Source: an uncultured Gammaproteobacteria bacterium | Lineage (GTDB): Bacteria; Patescibacteriota; Patescibacteriia; UBA9934; CAMTUG01 | NCBI GenBank assembly: GCA_964588955.1 | Contig: CAZPQJ010000001.1 | Location: forward strand, 10,155 to 74,154 | Reading direction: 5' to 3' | DNA length: 64,000 nt | Part shown: positions 39,458 through 48,763 of the stretch, piece after piece | How the letters are laid out: each line of letters opens with the position of its first letter | Position numbering within the stretch: position 1 is the first letter of the stretch | The notes under the pieces: generated by a model | Databases searched by the model: none | The model's input: only the letters and a program-made list of their open reading frames with translations | What the model was told of the DNA's origin: nothing | Program-made: the position numbers and the translations under genes

Positions 39458-41869
39458 ATGTCCTACAACCACAAACACCTCGAACAAAAATGGCAGGAGC
39501 GTTGGGAGCAAGACCAACCCTGGCGGGCGGAAGACGATTCCACGAAGCCGAAGTTTTATTGTTTGATTGAGTTCCCTTATCCATCAGGCGCGGGTTTGCA
39601 CGTTGGACACCCCCGCAGTTATTCGGCGCTTGATGCTGTATGCCGCAAACGTCGTATGGAGGGGTTCAACGTTCTGTATCCAATTGGTTGGGATGCCTTC
39701 GGATTGCCAACGGAAAATTACGCCATCAAAACCGGTCGAAAGCCGCAGGAAATCACCCAAGAAAATACCGATACCTTTCGACGTCAATTAAAAGCCCTCG
39801 GTTTGTCGTTTGATTGGTCACGCGAGGTCAACACCACGGATCCCGCCTATTACAAATGGACGCAGTGGATGTTTTTAGAATTTTTCAAGGCCGGTCTTGC
39901 CTACAAAGCTAAGACGATGATCAACTGGTGCCCTAAAGATAAAATTGGTTTGGCGAATGAAGAAGCGGCCGGGGGAGTCTGCGACCGCTGCGGCGGCGCG
40001 GTAGAGAAGCGCGAGAAAGAACAGTGGATGATCGCCATCACCAAATATGCTGATCGATTACTCAGCGATCTCGACACAGTCAACTATCTGCCCAAAATCA
40101 AAAAGCAGCAGGCTGATTGGATTGGCAAATCTGTAGGAATCAACATCACGTATAAGGTTGAGGGTCTCGATAAGTCCATTACCGTTTTTACCACGCGTCC
40201 AGACACCAACTTTGGGGCAACGTTCGTGGCTGCGGCGCCGGATGGGCAGTTTGTGCGTGACAACATCGATCAGTTTCCACAAAAAGATGCCGTCGCCAAG
40301 TACGTCGCTGAAGCGGCTAAGAAGACAGATGCCGATCGCATGGCCGAAGGTCGAAAAAAGACTGGGGTGTTTACGGGGCTCTATGCCATCAATCAACTCA
40401 CTAATCGCAAGATGCCTATTTGGGTGGCCGATTTTGCTTTAGGGAATGTTGGTACAGGAGCGCTGGTCGGCGTGCCAGGACACGATGTGCGTGACTTTGA
40501 ATTTGCCACTGCGTTTGGGTTGGAGATTGTGCGTGTTGTTGTTGGTTCCGATGGGGACACGTCGCCGATTGGACGTGTCGAACAAGTACAAGAAGAAAAG
40601 GGAACCATGATCAATAGTGGTTTTCTTGATGGGTTAAATATTCACGTTGCCACAGAAACGATCATGGATCATTTGGAAGAGGCTGGTTGGGGCAAACGGA
40701 CGGTGAGCTACAAACTCCGCGATTGGGTTTTTTCACGCCAGCGTTATTGGGGCGAACCAATCCCTCTTGTGCACTGCGAGGATCATGGCTGGGTTGCTAT
40801 TCCCGATGACCAGCTCCCATTGAAACTTCCAGAGGTTGAAAAGTACGAACCGACAGACAATGGTGAGTCGCCACTCGCGACGATTAGCGATTGGGTCAAC
40901 ACACAATGCCCTACGTGTGGCAGACCGGCCAAGCGTGAAACAGACACCATGCCGAACTGGGCCGGATCGAGCTGGTACTTTTTGCGCTACCTTGATCCTA
41001 AAAACGAAATGCAATTTGCTTCGCCGGAAAAATTGAAGCATTGGATGCCGGTGGATTTGTACAATGGCGGGATGGAGCACACCACGTTGCATTTGTTGTA
41101 TTCACGTTTTTGGAATAAGTTTTTGTTTGATCGCGGACTGGTGCCAACGAGTGAACCCTACGCGCGGCGCCACAGTCATGGTTTGGTGATGGCAGAGGAT
41201 GGTACTAAAATGAGCAAGTCCAAAGGCAACGTCATTAATCCAGATGAGATCGTTGATCAATATGGTGCCGACGCCTTGCGCACATACATCATGTTCATGG
41301 GGCCGTTTGAGGAACCGGTACCATGGAGTACGAATGGTCTTATTGGCGTACGCCGGTTTTTGGATAAGGTGATGGCCTTGAGCGACAAGATTGTCCCTAC
41401 CGCTTCCGACGAAGTCGTCCGCATGGTGCATAAAACAATAAAAAAAGTTGGCGAGGACATAGAGGTGATGAAGTTTAACACCGCCATTGCTCAGCTCATG
41501 ATCTGCGTAAATACGATGCAAGAGGCTGGCGGTGTCAGTTCAGAGTTCTTTAATATGTTCTTGAAAGTGCTGTTTCCTTTTGCTCCGCACTTGGCGAGCG
41601 AACTGTGGGAGAAGCTTGGTCACACCAAGTTGCTTGATGCCGAGCGCTGGCCGTCGTTCGACGCGGCGCTGGTTGTTGATGATCTGGTTGCCGTGTCGGT
41701 GCAAGTGATGGGCAAATTGCGTGGAACGATTCAAGCTCCACCAAACGCCAGTCAGGGAGATGTTGAGGCCATGGCCAAAGTCGATCCCAACGTTGCCAAG
41801 TACTTGGAAGGTCAGGCAATCAAAAAAGTGATTTACATTCCCGGGAGAACGATTAACTTCGTCATATAA
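39458..41869 (+). CDS. leuS: Leucine--tRNA ligase
   Basis: FPYPSGAGLHVGH, GWDAFGLPTEN, SRQRYWG, KMSKSKGN. Confidence 0.98.
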   Translation: MSYNHKHLEQKWQERWEQDQPWRAEDDSTKPKFYCLIEFPYPSGAGLHVGHPRSYSALDAVCRKRRMEGFNVLYPIGWDAFGLPTENYAIKTGRKPQEITQENTDTFRRQLKALGLSFDWSREVNTTDPAYYKWTQWMFLEFFKAGLAYKAKTMINWCPKDKIGLANEEAAGGVCDRCGGAVEKREKEQWMIAITKYADRLLSDLDTVNYLPKIKKQQADWIGKSVGINITYKVEGLDKSITVFTTRPDTNFGATFVAAAPDGQFVRDNIDQFPQKDAVAKYVAEAAKKTDADRMAEGRKKTGVFTGLYAINQLTNRKMPIWVADFALGNVGTGALVGVPGHDVRDFEFATAFGLEIVRVVVGSDGDTSPIGRVEQVQEEKGTMINSGFLDGLNIHVATETIMDHLEEAGWGKRTVSYKLRDWVFSRQRYWGEPIPLVHCEDHGWVAIPDDQLPLKLPEVEKYEPTDNGESPLATISDWVNTQCPTCGRPAKRETDTMPNWAGSSWYFLRYLDPKNEMQFASPEKLKHWMPVDLYNGGMEHTTLHLLYSRFWNKFLFDRGLVPTSEPYARRHSHGLVMAEDGTKMSKSKGNVINPDEIVDQYGADALRTYIMFMGPFEEPVPWSTNGLIGVRRFLDKVMALSDKIVPTASDEVVRMVHKTIKKVGEDIEVMKFNTAIAQLMICVNTMQEAGGVSSEFFNMFLKVLFPFAPHLASELWEKLGHTKLLDAERWPSFDAALVVDDLVAVSVQVMGKLRGTIQAPPNASQGDVEAMAKVDPNVAKYLEGQAIKKVIYIPGRTINFVI

Positions 41870-41870
41870 A

Positions 41871-42001
41871 ATTCGAAATACGAAATACGAAATCTCAAAC
41901 AAAGGGGAAAGAGAAAAAAGGGAAAGGCAAAAGTCGGTTTTTCGTTTTAGGATTTCGAATTTAGAATTTGTTTCGGATTTGAGATTTCGAATTTCGGATT
42001 T
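41871..42001. repeat. Heptamer-repeat inverted element
   Basis: CGAAATA tandem repeats at left arm, ATTTCGA/ATTTCGG repeats at right arm. Confidence 0.6.
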
Positions 42002-43255
42002 ATGAAACTCGTCGTTGTTGGAACAGGATACGTTGGTCTTGCCTGCGTCGGATTTACCGACTGGGGGCACACGGTGGTTGGGGTAGACATCGACGCCCAA
42101 AAAATCGAACAAATCAATCGAGGTGTGCTGCCGATTGTCGAGCCTGGATTGCCGGAGCTCATCGACAAAGCCACGGCTTCGGGACTTTTGTCGTTTACGA
42201 CCGATCTTGCTTCTGCCGTGAAAGACGCTGACGTTTGTTTTATTTGCGTCGGTACTCCGTCACTTGCCGACGGCAGCGCGGACTTGCAATATGTGGAAGC
42301 GGCGGTGGCTTCGGTGCGCACGGTGATGGATCCATCGACGGCGCTGGTTATTAAAAGTACCGTGCCAGTTGGTACATGCGAGCGACTCGGCTGCGCATCA
42401 AACCCTGAGTTTTTGCGCGAGGGGAGAGCCTTGCAGGATTTTTTGCATCCAGATCGTGTTGTTATTGGATCAAACGATCAAGCGACGATCGATGCATTGC
42501 TTAAATTGTATGCCTCGGCCGACGCGCCTAAATTGACGATGGCGCCAGCATCTTCGGAACTCACCAAGTACGCTGCCAACGGATTTTTGGCTACCAAGAT
42601 TTCGTTTGTCAACGAGATCGCGGCGATTGCCGAGAAGGTGGGTGCGGACATTCGTGATGTTACGAAAGCGATCGGACTTGACCCGCGGATCGGTCCACAC
42701 TTTTTGCGCGCCGGCATTGGCTATGGCGGTTCGTGCTTTCCCAAAGACACGGAGGCGCTCATGAAGATTGCTGGGCTTAACGAAGTTGATTTTGAAATGT
42801 TGCGTGCGGCGAGTGTTGCCAACGACCGAGCGCGTGAGCGGTTTGTCGACAAAGTTGTGTCTTCTCTCCCCCTTACCGGCAAGGGGGGGTTGGAGGGGGT
42901 CAAACTCGCCGTCTGGGGACTTGCTTTCAAAGCGCAAACCGACGACGTGCGTAAGTCCGCAGCGATAGATGTGATCGAACTTTTGCTTGTTAGAGGTGCT
43001 TCGGTCACCGCCTTCGATCCAGAGGCGATGGAGAACGCAAAAACTATCTTCGGCGATCGTGTGGTCTACGCCACTTCGGCACGTGACGCACTGACAGACG
43101 CTTCAGCCGTGCTCGTGCTCACCGAATGGTCAGAGTTCGCGGAGGCGGCTAAACAGATTCCGCCGACGATGAAGATTTTTGACGGTCGTAACCTGCTCGC
43201 GGATTTGCATTTGCCAAACTATGTCGGTGTGGGCTTGGGTCAGGCGCATTCCTAA
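42002..43255 (+). CDS. ugd: UDP-glucose/GDP-mannose dehydrogenase
   Basis: GTGYVG, CVGTP, KSTVPVGT, NPEFLREG, GGSCFPKD, GLAFK..TDDVR, DGRN. Confidence 0.93.
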   Translation: MKLVVVGTGYVGLACVGFTDWGHTVVGVDIDAQKIEQINRGVLPIVEPGLPELIDKATASGLLSFTTDLASAVKDADVCFICVGTPSLADGSADLQYVEAAVASVRTVMDPSTALVIKSTVPVGTCERLGCASNPEFLREGRALQDFLHPDRVVIGSNDQATIDALLKLYASADAPKLTMAPASSELTKYAANGFLATKISFVNEIAAIAEKVGADIRDVTKAIGLDPRIGPHFLRAGIGYGGSCFPKDTEALMKIAGLNEVDFEMLRAASVANDRARERFVDKVVSSLPLTGKGGLEGVKLAVWGLAFKAQTDDVRKSAAIDVIELLLVRGASVTAFDPEAMENAKTIFGDRVVYATSARDALTDASAVLVLTEWSEFAEAAKQIPPTMKIFDGRNLLADLHLPNYVGVGLGQAHS

Positions 43256-44633
43256 ACAGCTCGGGTTGCACACGCGACACCCTTCTTGGCAGTTGAGTTT
43301 TGTTTTACTCGCTTTTTTGCTGGGCATTGGTATCCATTCGTGGATCGTGACGCCGTTGCCATTTTTCCCCATGCTCACCGCCGCGCTTGGCGCGCTCACC
43401 GCGGCAGTATTTTTGCTCGGCCATCATCGCCTCGCTCTCGTGGCGTTTATGATCAGCGCTTGTCTTTTTGGTCTTGCGCGTTACGCGGTGAGTTTTCCGA
43501 GCCAAGGCGCGGACTCCATCGCGGGTGCCATCGGATCGGAAGTGCGTCTTGATGGCACGATCGTCAACGATCCGTCATCTGCCGAAGAACGTCAGGAAGT
43601 GATTTTAGATTACATCAGCGTCAACGACGCTCCGCGACAAAACAAGATCGTTGCCTACTTTGCCCGTTATCCTGATTTGTCGTATGGCTGGCGGCTGTCG
43701 TTTCGTTGTCGGCTAGAGGAACCAAAAGCCATCGAAGGCTTCGACTATCCGCGTTATCTGTTGAAAGACGGTATTGTCGCCATCTGTTTTTCCGGCGATG
43801 AACCCATGGTCGTTTCTCGCGCGGCGGATCATCCTGTCCGTGCCGTTTTGTACGCCTTGCGAGATACGATTGAAGCGTTGTTCCATCGTGCCTTGCCAGA
43901 ACCGGCCGCCAGCATCTCCGCTGGCTTGCTGCTCGGCATCAAAACGCTTCCGGAAAAACTCGACGCCATCTTTCGCGCCGTTGGTGTCAGTCATATTTTC
44001 GCTGCCTCGGGGTCGAATGTTGCCATGGTGTTGATGGTGTTCGCGAGCGCTCTTTCTTATGTGGTTCGTCGGCAAAAAGCTTTTTGGATGCTGCTGCTTT
44101 TAACTGGCGTCTATGTTGTTTTAGCGGGCGCGGAAGCGGCCGTAGTGCGAGCGGGGATTATGGCTGCCGCCGTGCTCATTGCCACTCACACGGGCCGAGC
44201 AACCACGCCGCGCAATCTTATTTTGCTTGCCGCCGCCTTAATGCTCGCCGCAAACCCACGACTGTTGCGCGACGATGTTGGCTTTCAACTATCCGTTCTC
44301 GCTACATCGGGCATGGCCTTGCTTTCCAAGCCCGTTGGTGAGCGCTTGGAGTTTCTCCCTCAAGCATTTGGCGTGCGTGAAGCGCTGGCCACCACCATCT
44401 CCGCGAGCATCTTTACTTTGCCGATTATGATCCTCAACTTCCACCAGTTCAGTCTTGTTTCCCCCATCGCCAATCTGTTGATTCTCCCTCTCGTTCCCTA
44501 CGCTATGGTTTTTTCAACCGTGGCCGCCGCCTTGGTAGCTGTTGTGCCAGCAGCGGGAATCGCGGTCGGCGGACTAGCTTGGGGAGTAGAACGTCTGATT
44601 GTGATAATTGCCACCGCTCTTGCCGCCTTATGA
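43221..44633 (+). CDS. comEC: ComEC/Rec2 competence protein, membrane part; start uncertain
   Basis: FDYPRYL, SHIFAASGSN, VRAGIM, DVGFQLS. Confidence 0.9.
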   Translation: MSVWAWVRRIPKQLGLHTRHPSWQLSFVLLAFLLGIGIHSWIVTPLPFFPMLTAALGALTAAVFLLGHHRLALVAFMISACLFGLARYAVSFPSQGADSIAGAIGSEVRLDGTIVNDPSSAEERQEVILDYISVNDAPRQNKIVAYFARYPDLSYGWRLSFRCRLEEPKAIEGFDYPRYLLKDGIVAICFSGDEPMVVSRAADHPVRAVLYALRDTIEALFHRALPEPAASISAGLLLGIKTLPEKLDAIFRAVGVSHIFAASGSNVAMVLMVFASALSYVVRRQKAFWMLLLLTGVYVVLAGAEAAVVRAGIMAAAVLIATHTGRATTPRNLILLAAALMLAANPRLLRDDVGFQLSVLATSGMALLSKPVGERLEFLPQAFGVREALATTISASIFTLPIMILNFHQFSLVSPIANLLILPLVPYAMVFSTVAAALVAVVPAAGIAVGGLAWGVERLIVIIATALAAL

Positions 44634-45499
44634 AACACGAGAAACAGCTCGGTGTTGCGGGCACGCTCATCATCACTGCTGCGTTGGTGGTGTTTAGCTG
44701 GCTGCAGGCGGGGCACGCTATTGGTTCACCGCGATTGATCGTGTGGTTTTTTGATGTGGGTCAGGGCGACGCCATTTTTATTGAAAGTCCTACCGGGCAC
44801 CAAGTGCTGATTGATGGTGGACCAAACGATGCTGTGTTGGAAAAGCTTTCCGACGTGATGCCCTTTTGGGATCGTTCGATTGATGACGTCATTAACACCC
44901 ATCCGCATGCCGATCACTTAGACGGTCTGGTTGATGTTGTTGATCGCTACGCGGTTAGTCGTGTTTATCAAACTGGTATCGAATATTACACCCCACTACG
45001 TCCAGAGTTTAATCAACGCACGAGTGATGGGGAAGAGTTGATAGATGTATTGCAACCGACGGATCTCGATCTCGGCGGTGGGGTCGTATTGCACATCATC
45101 TATCCGACGTCGTCATTTGTTGGACAAAAAGTTGACGACCCGAATCAAACATCGATTGTTGCGTTACTCACCTATGGTGACACGTCTGTGTTACTAACGG
45201 GGGACACCACCGCAGAGAACGAACCAGAACTTCAATCACTGCTCACCGATCCTGTCGACGTGCTCAAAGTGGCTCACCATGGCAGTGCCTATTCTTCTAC
45301 CATGCCTTTTTTGCAAACCATCCATCCCCGCTACGCCATCATCTCCTGCGGCGTTAACAATGATTATGGCCATCCCGCCTCGTCTACCTTGGAGCGCCTT
45401 CGAGCCATCGGCGCGCAAACCTTTCGTACAGATTTACAAGGCGATATTCGTTTGATTTCTGATGGGGGAGAGCCGCAGCTGCTTGCGATCCCGCTTTAG
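44630..45499 (+). CDS. ComEC C-terminal MBL-fold domain as a separate protein
   Basis: DVGQGDA, THPHADH, LTGD, LKVAHHGS, YGHP, RTD..G; ATGA overlap with comEC. Confidence 0.88.
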   Translation: MKHEKQLGVAGTLIITAALVVFSWLQAGHAIGSPRLIVWFFDVGQGDAIFIESPTGHQVLIDGGPNDAVLEKLSDVMPFWDRSIDDVINTHPHADHLDGLVDVVDRYAVSRVYQTGIEYYTPLRPEFNQRTSDGEELIDVLQPTDLDLGGGVVLHIIYPTSSFVGQKVDDPNQTSIVALLTYGDTSVLLTGDTTAENEPELQSLLTDPVDVLKVAHHGSAYSSTMPFLQTIHPRYAIISCGVNNDYGHPASSTLERLRAIGAQTFRTDLQGDIRLISDGGEPQLLAIPL

Positions 45500-45577
45500 A
45501 GCCCGTTTTCTGGTCGAGCGGCGATCTTGACGAAGAAGCACGAGACTGCTAGGATTAGCCCAATAAAATTTTGTCCT

Positions 45578-46036
45578 ATGGCTCAGACACAGCGCACCCT
45601 CATTTTAATCAAGCCAGACGCGCTCCAGCGCGATTTGGTCGGCGAGATCGTTCACCGTTTTGAGCGTAAAGGGCTCAAAATTGTTGCCATGAAAATGATT
45701 CAGCTTGGCGACGCGGTTTTGGACGTCCACTACGCTCATTTGGCCGATAAACCGTTCTTCCCAGGCTTGAAGGACTTCATGATGTCTTCACCAGTCATTG
45801 CTATGGTGCTGGAAGGTGTGGAGGCCGTTGGAGCTGTGCGCTTGATTTTGGGTCCCACCAAAGCCTACGAAGCCGATGCCGGATCGATTCGCGGCGACTT
45901 GGCCATTGCCGTGGCTTCCAACCTGGTGCACGCTTCCGATTCTGCGGAGTCGGCGGTAGCAGAAATTGATCGATTCTTCGCGCCAAACGAGCTGTTTGCC
46001 TACGAGAAAATCACCGACAAGTTGTTCAACGACTAA
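45578..46036 (+). CDS. ndk: Nucleoside-diphosphate kinase
   Basis: RTLILIKPD, HY..KPFF, GSIRGD, NLVHASDS. Confidence 0.96.
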   Translation: MAQTQRTLILIKPDALQRDLVGEIVHRFERKGLKIVAMKMIQLGDAVLDVHYAHLADKPFFPGLKDFMMSSPVIAMVLEGVEAVGAVRLILGPTKAYEADAGSIRGDLAIAVASNLVHASDSAESAVAEIDRFFAPNELFAYEKITDKLFND

Positions 46037-46057
46037 TCGACATATCCACACGTCGAT

Positions 46058-46260
46058 TTGACGGTAAAATAGCGCGACCGTATCATAGACTCCGTTATGA
46101 AATCACAAGCCTGGCACACCTTTACGCTTACGACCCGCGCAATTGATTGCGTCGATTTTGCGCTTCCGTATGCGTTAGCGATGGCCAGGATGGGACACTA
46201 AGGTTTCTTAGATCAATTCCAACCGACCATCGCTCGAGAAGAGTGGTGGTCGGTTTCGTT
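46058..46260 (+). promoter_or_regulatory. Unit 0: promoter, leader peptide and attenuator-like hairpins
   Basis: TTGACG-17-TATCAT; ORF 46097-46201; GCGATGG (46178) complementary to CCATCGC (46227) within hairpin 46221-46255. Confidence 0.55.
46097..46201 (+). CDS. Putative leader peptide, 34 aa (MKSQAWHTFTLTTRAIDCVDFALPYALAMARMGH)
   Basis: Translated by hand; ATG 10 nt after the -10 box, as in the other units. Confidence 0.5.
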   Translation: MKSQAWHTFTLTTRAIDCVDFALPYALAMARMGH

Positions 46261-46323
46261 TCGTGGTCGGATTCTGTGGCGAAGGTTGTTGCCGTAGACT
46301 CCGCCCTCTAAACCCAGGGTGGA

Positions 46324-46530
46324 ATGGAGCTGTCGATGACGAATGGTGATCGCACCGCCCCGACGACGGGCACGAACTCCACTTTCCGCTGCGCCGCCCT
46401 GCGTAGTCTTTCCGATGTGATGTTGGGTGACCCGCCGACCCAGCCGCTGCCGGCGCTTCAGCCGCCGCTCGATCGACACATGGTCGGTGTCTGCTGCACC
46501 CCCAATCCGCCCAACCGGCACCGTCTCTAG
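46324..46530 (+). CDS. Small Pro/Thr/Cys-rich hypothetical protein
   Basis: 68 aa (64 from MTNG, which has an upstream GGAG); followed by the same 3' hairpin as the next ORF. Confidence 0.4.
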   Translation: MELSMTNGDRTAPTTGTNSTFRCAALRSLSDVMLGDPPTQPLPALQPPLDRHMVGVCCTPNPPNRHRL

Positions 46531-46665
46531 TCTCTGTTCTTTCCTTCGTTTTCTTCCCGCGCCGGCTCGTCGAGTTTCTCTCCGAGCCGGCCGACCACAC
46601 CTTTGCGACGTGTAACTGTGGATCGGAATCCTCCGATTCATTGAACCCACCGCAGAGGATTCCCC

Positions 46666-47139
46666 ATGCCGAAGTCTCAGCGCCGATACGACTCTCTCGT
46701 GTTTGTGGACGTCTCGTGGTGCGACCCGGACCGTCGCCGTGGACCGAACCGCCTGACCATTTCCCAGAAGGTCGCGGACGAGCTCGGTTTCAGCGCTGGG
46801 TGTACGGTCGTACTGCGTGTCTACACCAGCATGCCTACGAAGACCACTGTCATCCGTCCGTTCCCCGCCTACGATCTCCTGGGCTCATGCCAGGTTGTGG
46901 TCAAGGAACAGATCGATCGCCCGAGGCTTGCTGGGGAGCTTTTGTCCAAAGCCAAGGAACAGGGTGGTGTCATCGTTTCTGCCGTCAGGGTGCGAGACAA
47001 GGGTCGCATCATCTGCTACAGGCACAACGATCAGAAGTTGACGCGTTCCGGAATCAATTCCGTTTCCGTCAGTCGTGCCAACGCCGCCAACGTCGACGAA
47101 AACACGGACAGCTTCGTCCCCATCCCACAGACCGCCTAG
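46666..47139 (+). CDS. Hypothetical protein
   Basis: 157 aa, GAGG upstream, C-ending codons, 3' hairpin. Confidence 0.65.
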   Translation: MPKSQRRYDSLVFVDVSWCDPDRRRGPNRLTISQKVADELGFSAGCTVVLRVYTSMPTKTTVIRPFPAYDLLGSCQVVVKEQIDRPRLAGELLSKAKEQGGVIVSAVRVRDKGRIICYRHNDQKLTRSGINSVSVSRANAANVDENTDSFVPIPQTA

Positions 47140-47204
47140 TTCGCTCCTTCTTCTTCCTCGTGACTGGCTCGTGAGTTCTCTCCGAGCCAGTCCAGCCCCT
47201 TTTA

Positions 47205-47362
47205 TTGACAATTATTGACCAGTTTTGTATCCTCAACCCATCGCTATGAAATCAATTGCCTTGTACTTTAGCCTCGGCTTTAGCGGGTTTACTCCCGGGG
47301 CGGTTGATGTTGCATAGAAGCTAGATTCTTTGAACATCAGGCCGCCGCAAGGGCGGTTTTTT
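47205..47362 (+). promoter_or_regulatory. Unit 1: promoter and putative Phe-responsive attenuator
   Basis: TTGACA-17-TATCCT; antiterminator GGCGGTTGATGTT (47299-47311)/AACATCAGGCCGCC (47333-47346); terminator GCCGCC-GCAAG-GGCGGT-TTTTT. Confidence 0.65.
47246..47317 (+). CDS. Putative leader peptide, 23 aa (MKSIALYFSLGFSGFTPGAVDVA)
   Basis: Three TTT Phe codons plus one Tyr just upstream of the antiterminator arm. Confidence 0.6.
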   Translation: MKSIALYFSLGFSGFTPGAVDVA

Positions 47363-47436
47363 GGTTGCTGATTTGATCAAGACTTGTCCGAACAAGTCTT
47401 GCAGAGTCTACAACCTTCCGTGCCTCAGGGGTTCCC

Positions 47437-48711
47437 ATGAACGACGATCGCGACGCTGTCTCCTGTTCCGTCGTAGCTGCCAGCGCGTCGACTGCCACCG
47501 TGCGCAAGCCCGTCTGCTGGGCGCATCTGACCGGCGACGTCTGCGACTTCGACACCGGGCATGGTCCGATTCTCTCCGCCCTCTCGGTGCGAGCCCTCCC
47601 GCTCGCTCGCAAGGGCGACATCGTCATCCTGCCCGCGCCTGGCGAGATTCCGCAAGATCTCGGCTACCACCAGAGCTTCGCTCTCGGTCCTGACCCGTTC
47701 GACGTCCACTGGGCGGATCTCACCGGCCACGAGGAGGGGCGTGTCACCGAAGGTCTTCCGATCACGAAGGGAATGTGCATCGACGTCATGTCGGGCACCT
47801 CCCGCGACGTGCGCAAGATCGCCGAACATTACGGCGCTCGGGTCGTTGCTCCGGATCTCGATGTTTGTCGGAATGCCAATTCCAAGAGTTGGCAGCAGGA
47901 GCTCGTGATCAAGATCGGAGGAGTTCCGATCCCTCTCGGCGGTTCCGTTCTCAACGTTGAGGAGGCACGTCGAGTGGTCGATGAACTGCGCACCGCCGGC
48001 TACCCTGTCGTGCGCTTCAAGCCGAAGAACTCGGCCAGTGGCATCGGACAGGTAGTCATCGGCGGCAACTTCGAAAGCTACGGTGACCTCATGTACCCCG
48101 GCGTCGTGCAGGCGCAGATCAACGTTGTGTCCTGCCACAGCGTGCAATTCTTCGTGAACGCTCGGCACCTCGCCGAGTTGGTGCACGAAGGGCCGAAGGC
48201 TCAGGTCTTTGAGGTCATCGATCAGATTGTCGATGGCAACGGCGGCTACGAAGGCTCGGTCTATCCGTCGATGCTGATCGACGATGAGAAGAATCGTCTG
48301 CAGACCATGGCCTGGCGTATCGTCAGTCGTCTGGCCGTGGAAGGATTCAACGGTTACGGCTCGGTCGACTTCATGCGCGATACGAGCGGCAACTTCTGGT
48401 TCGCCGAGGTCAACGGCAGGAAGACCGCTACCTACTACGCGGCGATGATCTCCCGCCGGATCTTCGGCAAGGTCGTGCCGTTCGTCCTGCGTTCTTTCCG
48501 CTTCCCCAAGCACATGCCCTTCCCGGCCTTCGGGAAGCACATGGGTGCCTGGATGTTGCGCCCGGGATCGAGCGAGGGGTTCTTCCCCTTCGCCTACCTG
48601 CCGCGCTTCGGCTTCAGCTACGGCGTGACTTTCAGCCCTGATGCCGAGAAGGTTCGGCGTCTCGACGCCCAGGTTCGCCTCAATATGGCGCCGCTCACGC
48701 GTAGCGCCTGA
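47437..48711 (+). CDS. ATP-grasp enzyme paralog 1 (pre-ATP-grasp + ATP-grasp, PGM1-like architecture)
   Basis: RALPLARKGDIVILP, ANSKSW, FKPKNSASGIG, GYGSVDF, EVNGR. Confidence 0.75.
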   Translation: MNDDRDAVSCSVVAASASTATVRKPVCWAHLTGDVCDFDTGHGPILSALSVRALPLARKGDIVILPAPGEIPQDLGYHQSFALGPDPFDVHWADLTGHEEGRVTEGLPITKGMCIDVMSGTSRDVRKIAEHYGARVVAPDLDVCRNANSKSWQQELVIKIGGVPIPLGGSVLNVEEARRVVDELRTAGYPVVRFKPKNSASGIGQVVIGGNFESYGDLMYPGVVQAQINVVSCHSVQFFVNARHLAELVHEGPKAQVFEVIDQIVDGNGGYEGSVYPSMLIDDEKNRLQTMAWRIVSRLAVEGFNGYGSVDFMRDTSGNFWFAEVNGRKTATYYAAMISRRIFGKVVPFVLRSFRFPKHMPFPAFGKHMGAWMLRPGSSEGFFPFAYLPRFGFSYGVTFSPDAEKVRRLDAQVRLNMAPLTRSA

Positions 48712-48763
48712 GCGCTACTTCAACCGCCGGCCGGGGTACACCCTCGGCCGGCATCATCTTTAT

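Noticed and set aside
43221-45499. comEC frameshift or pseudogene
   Set aside because: Both parts keep their motifs, overlap as ATGA, and the second has its own N-terminal anchor; a split ComEC is common.
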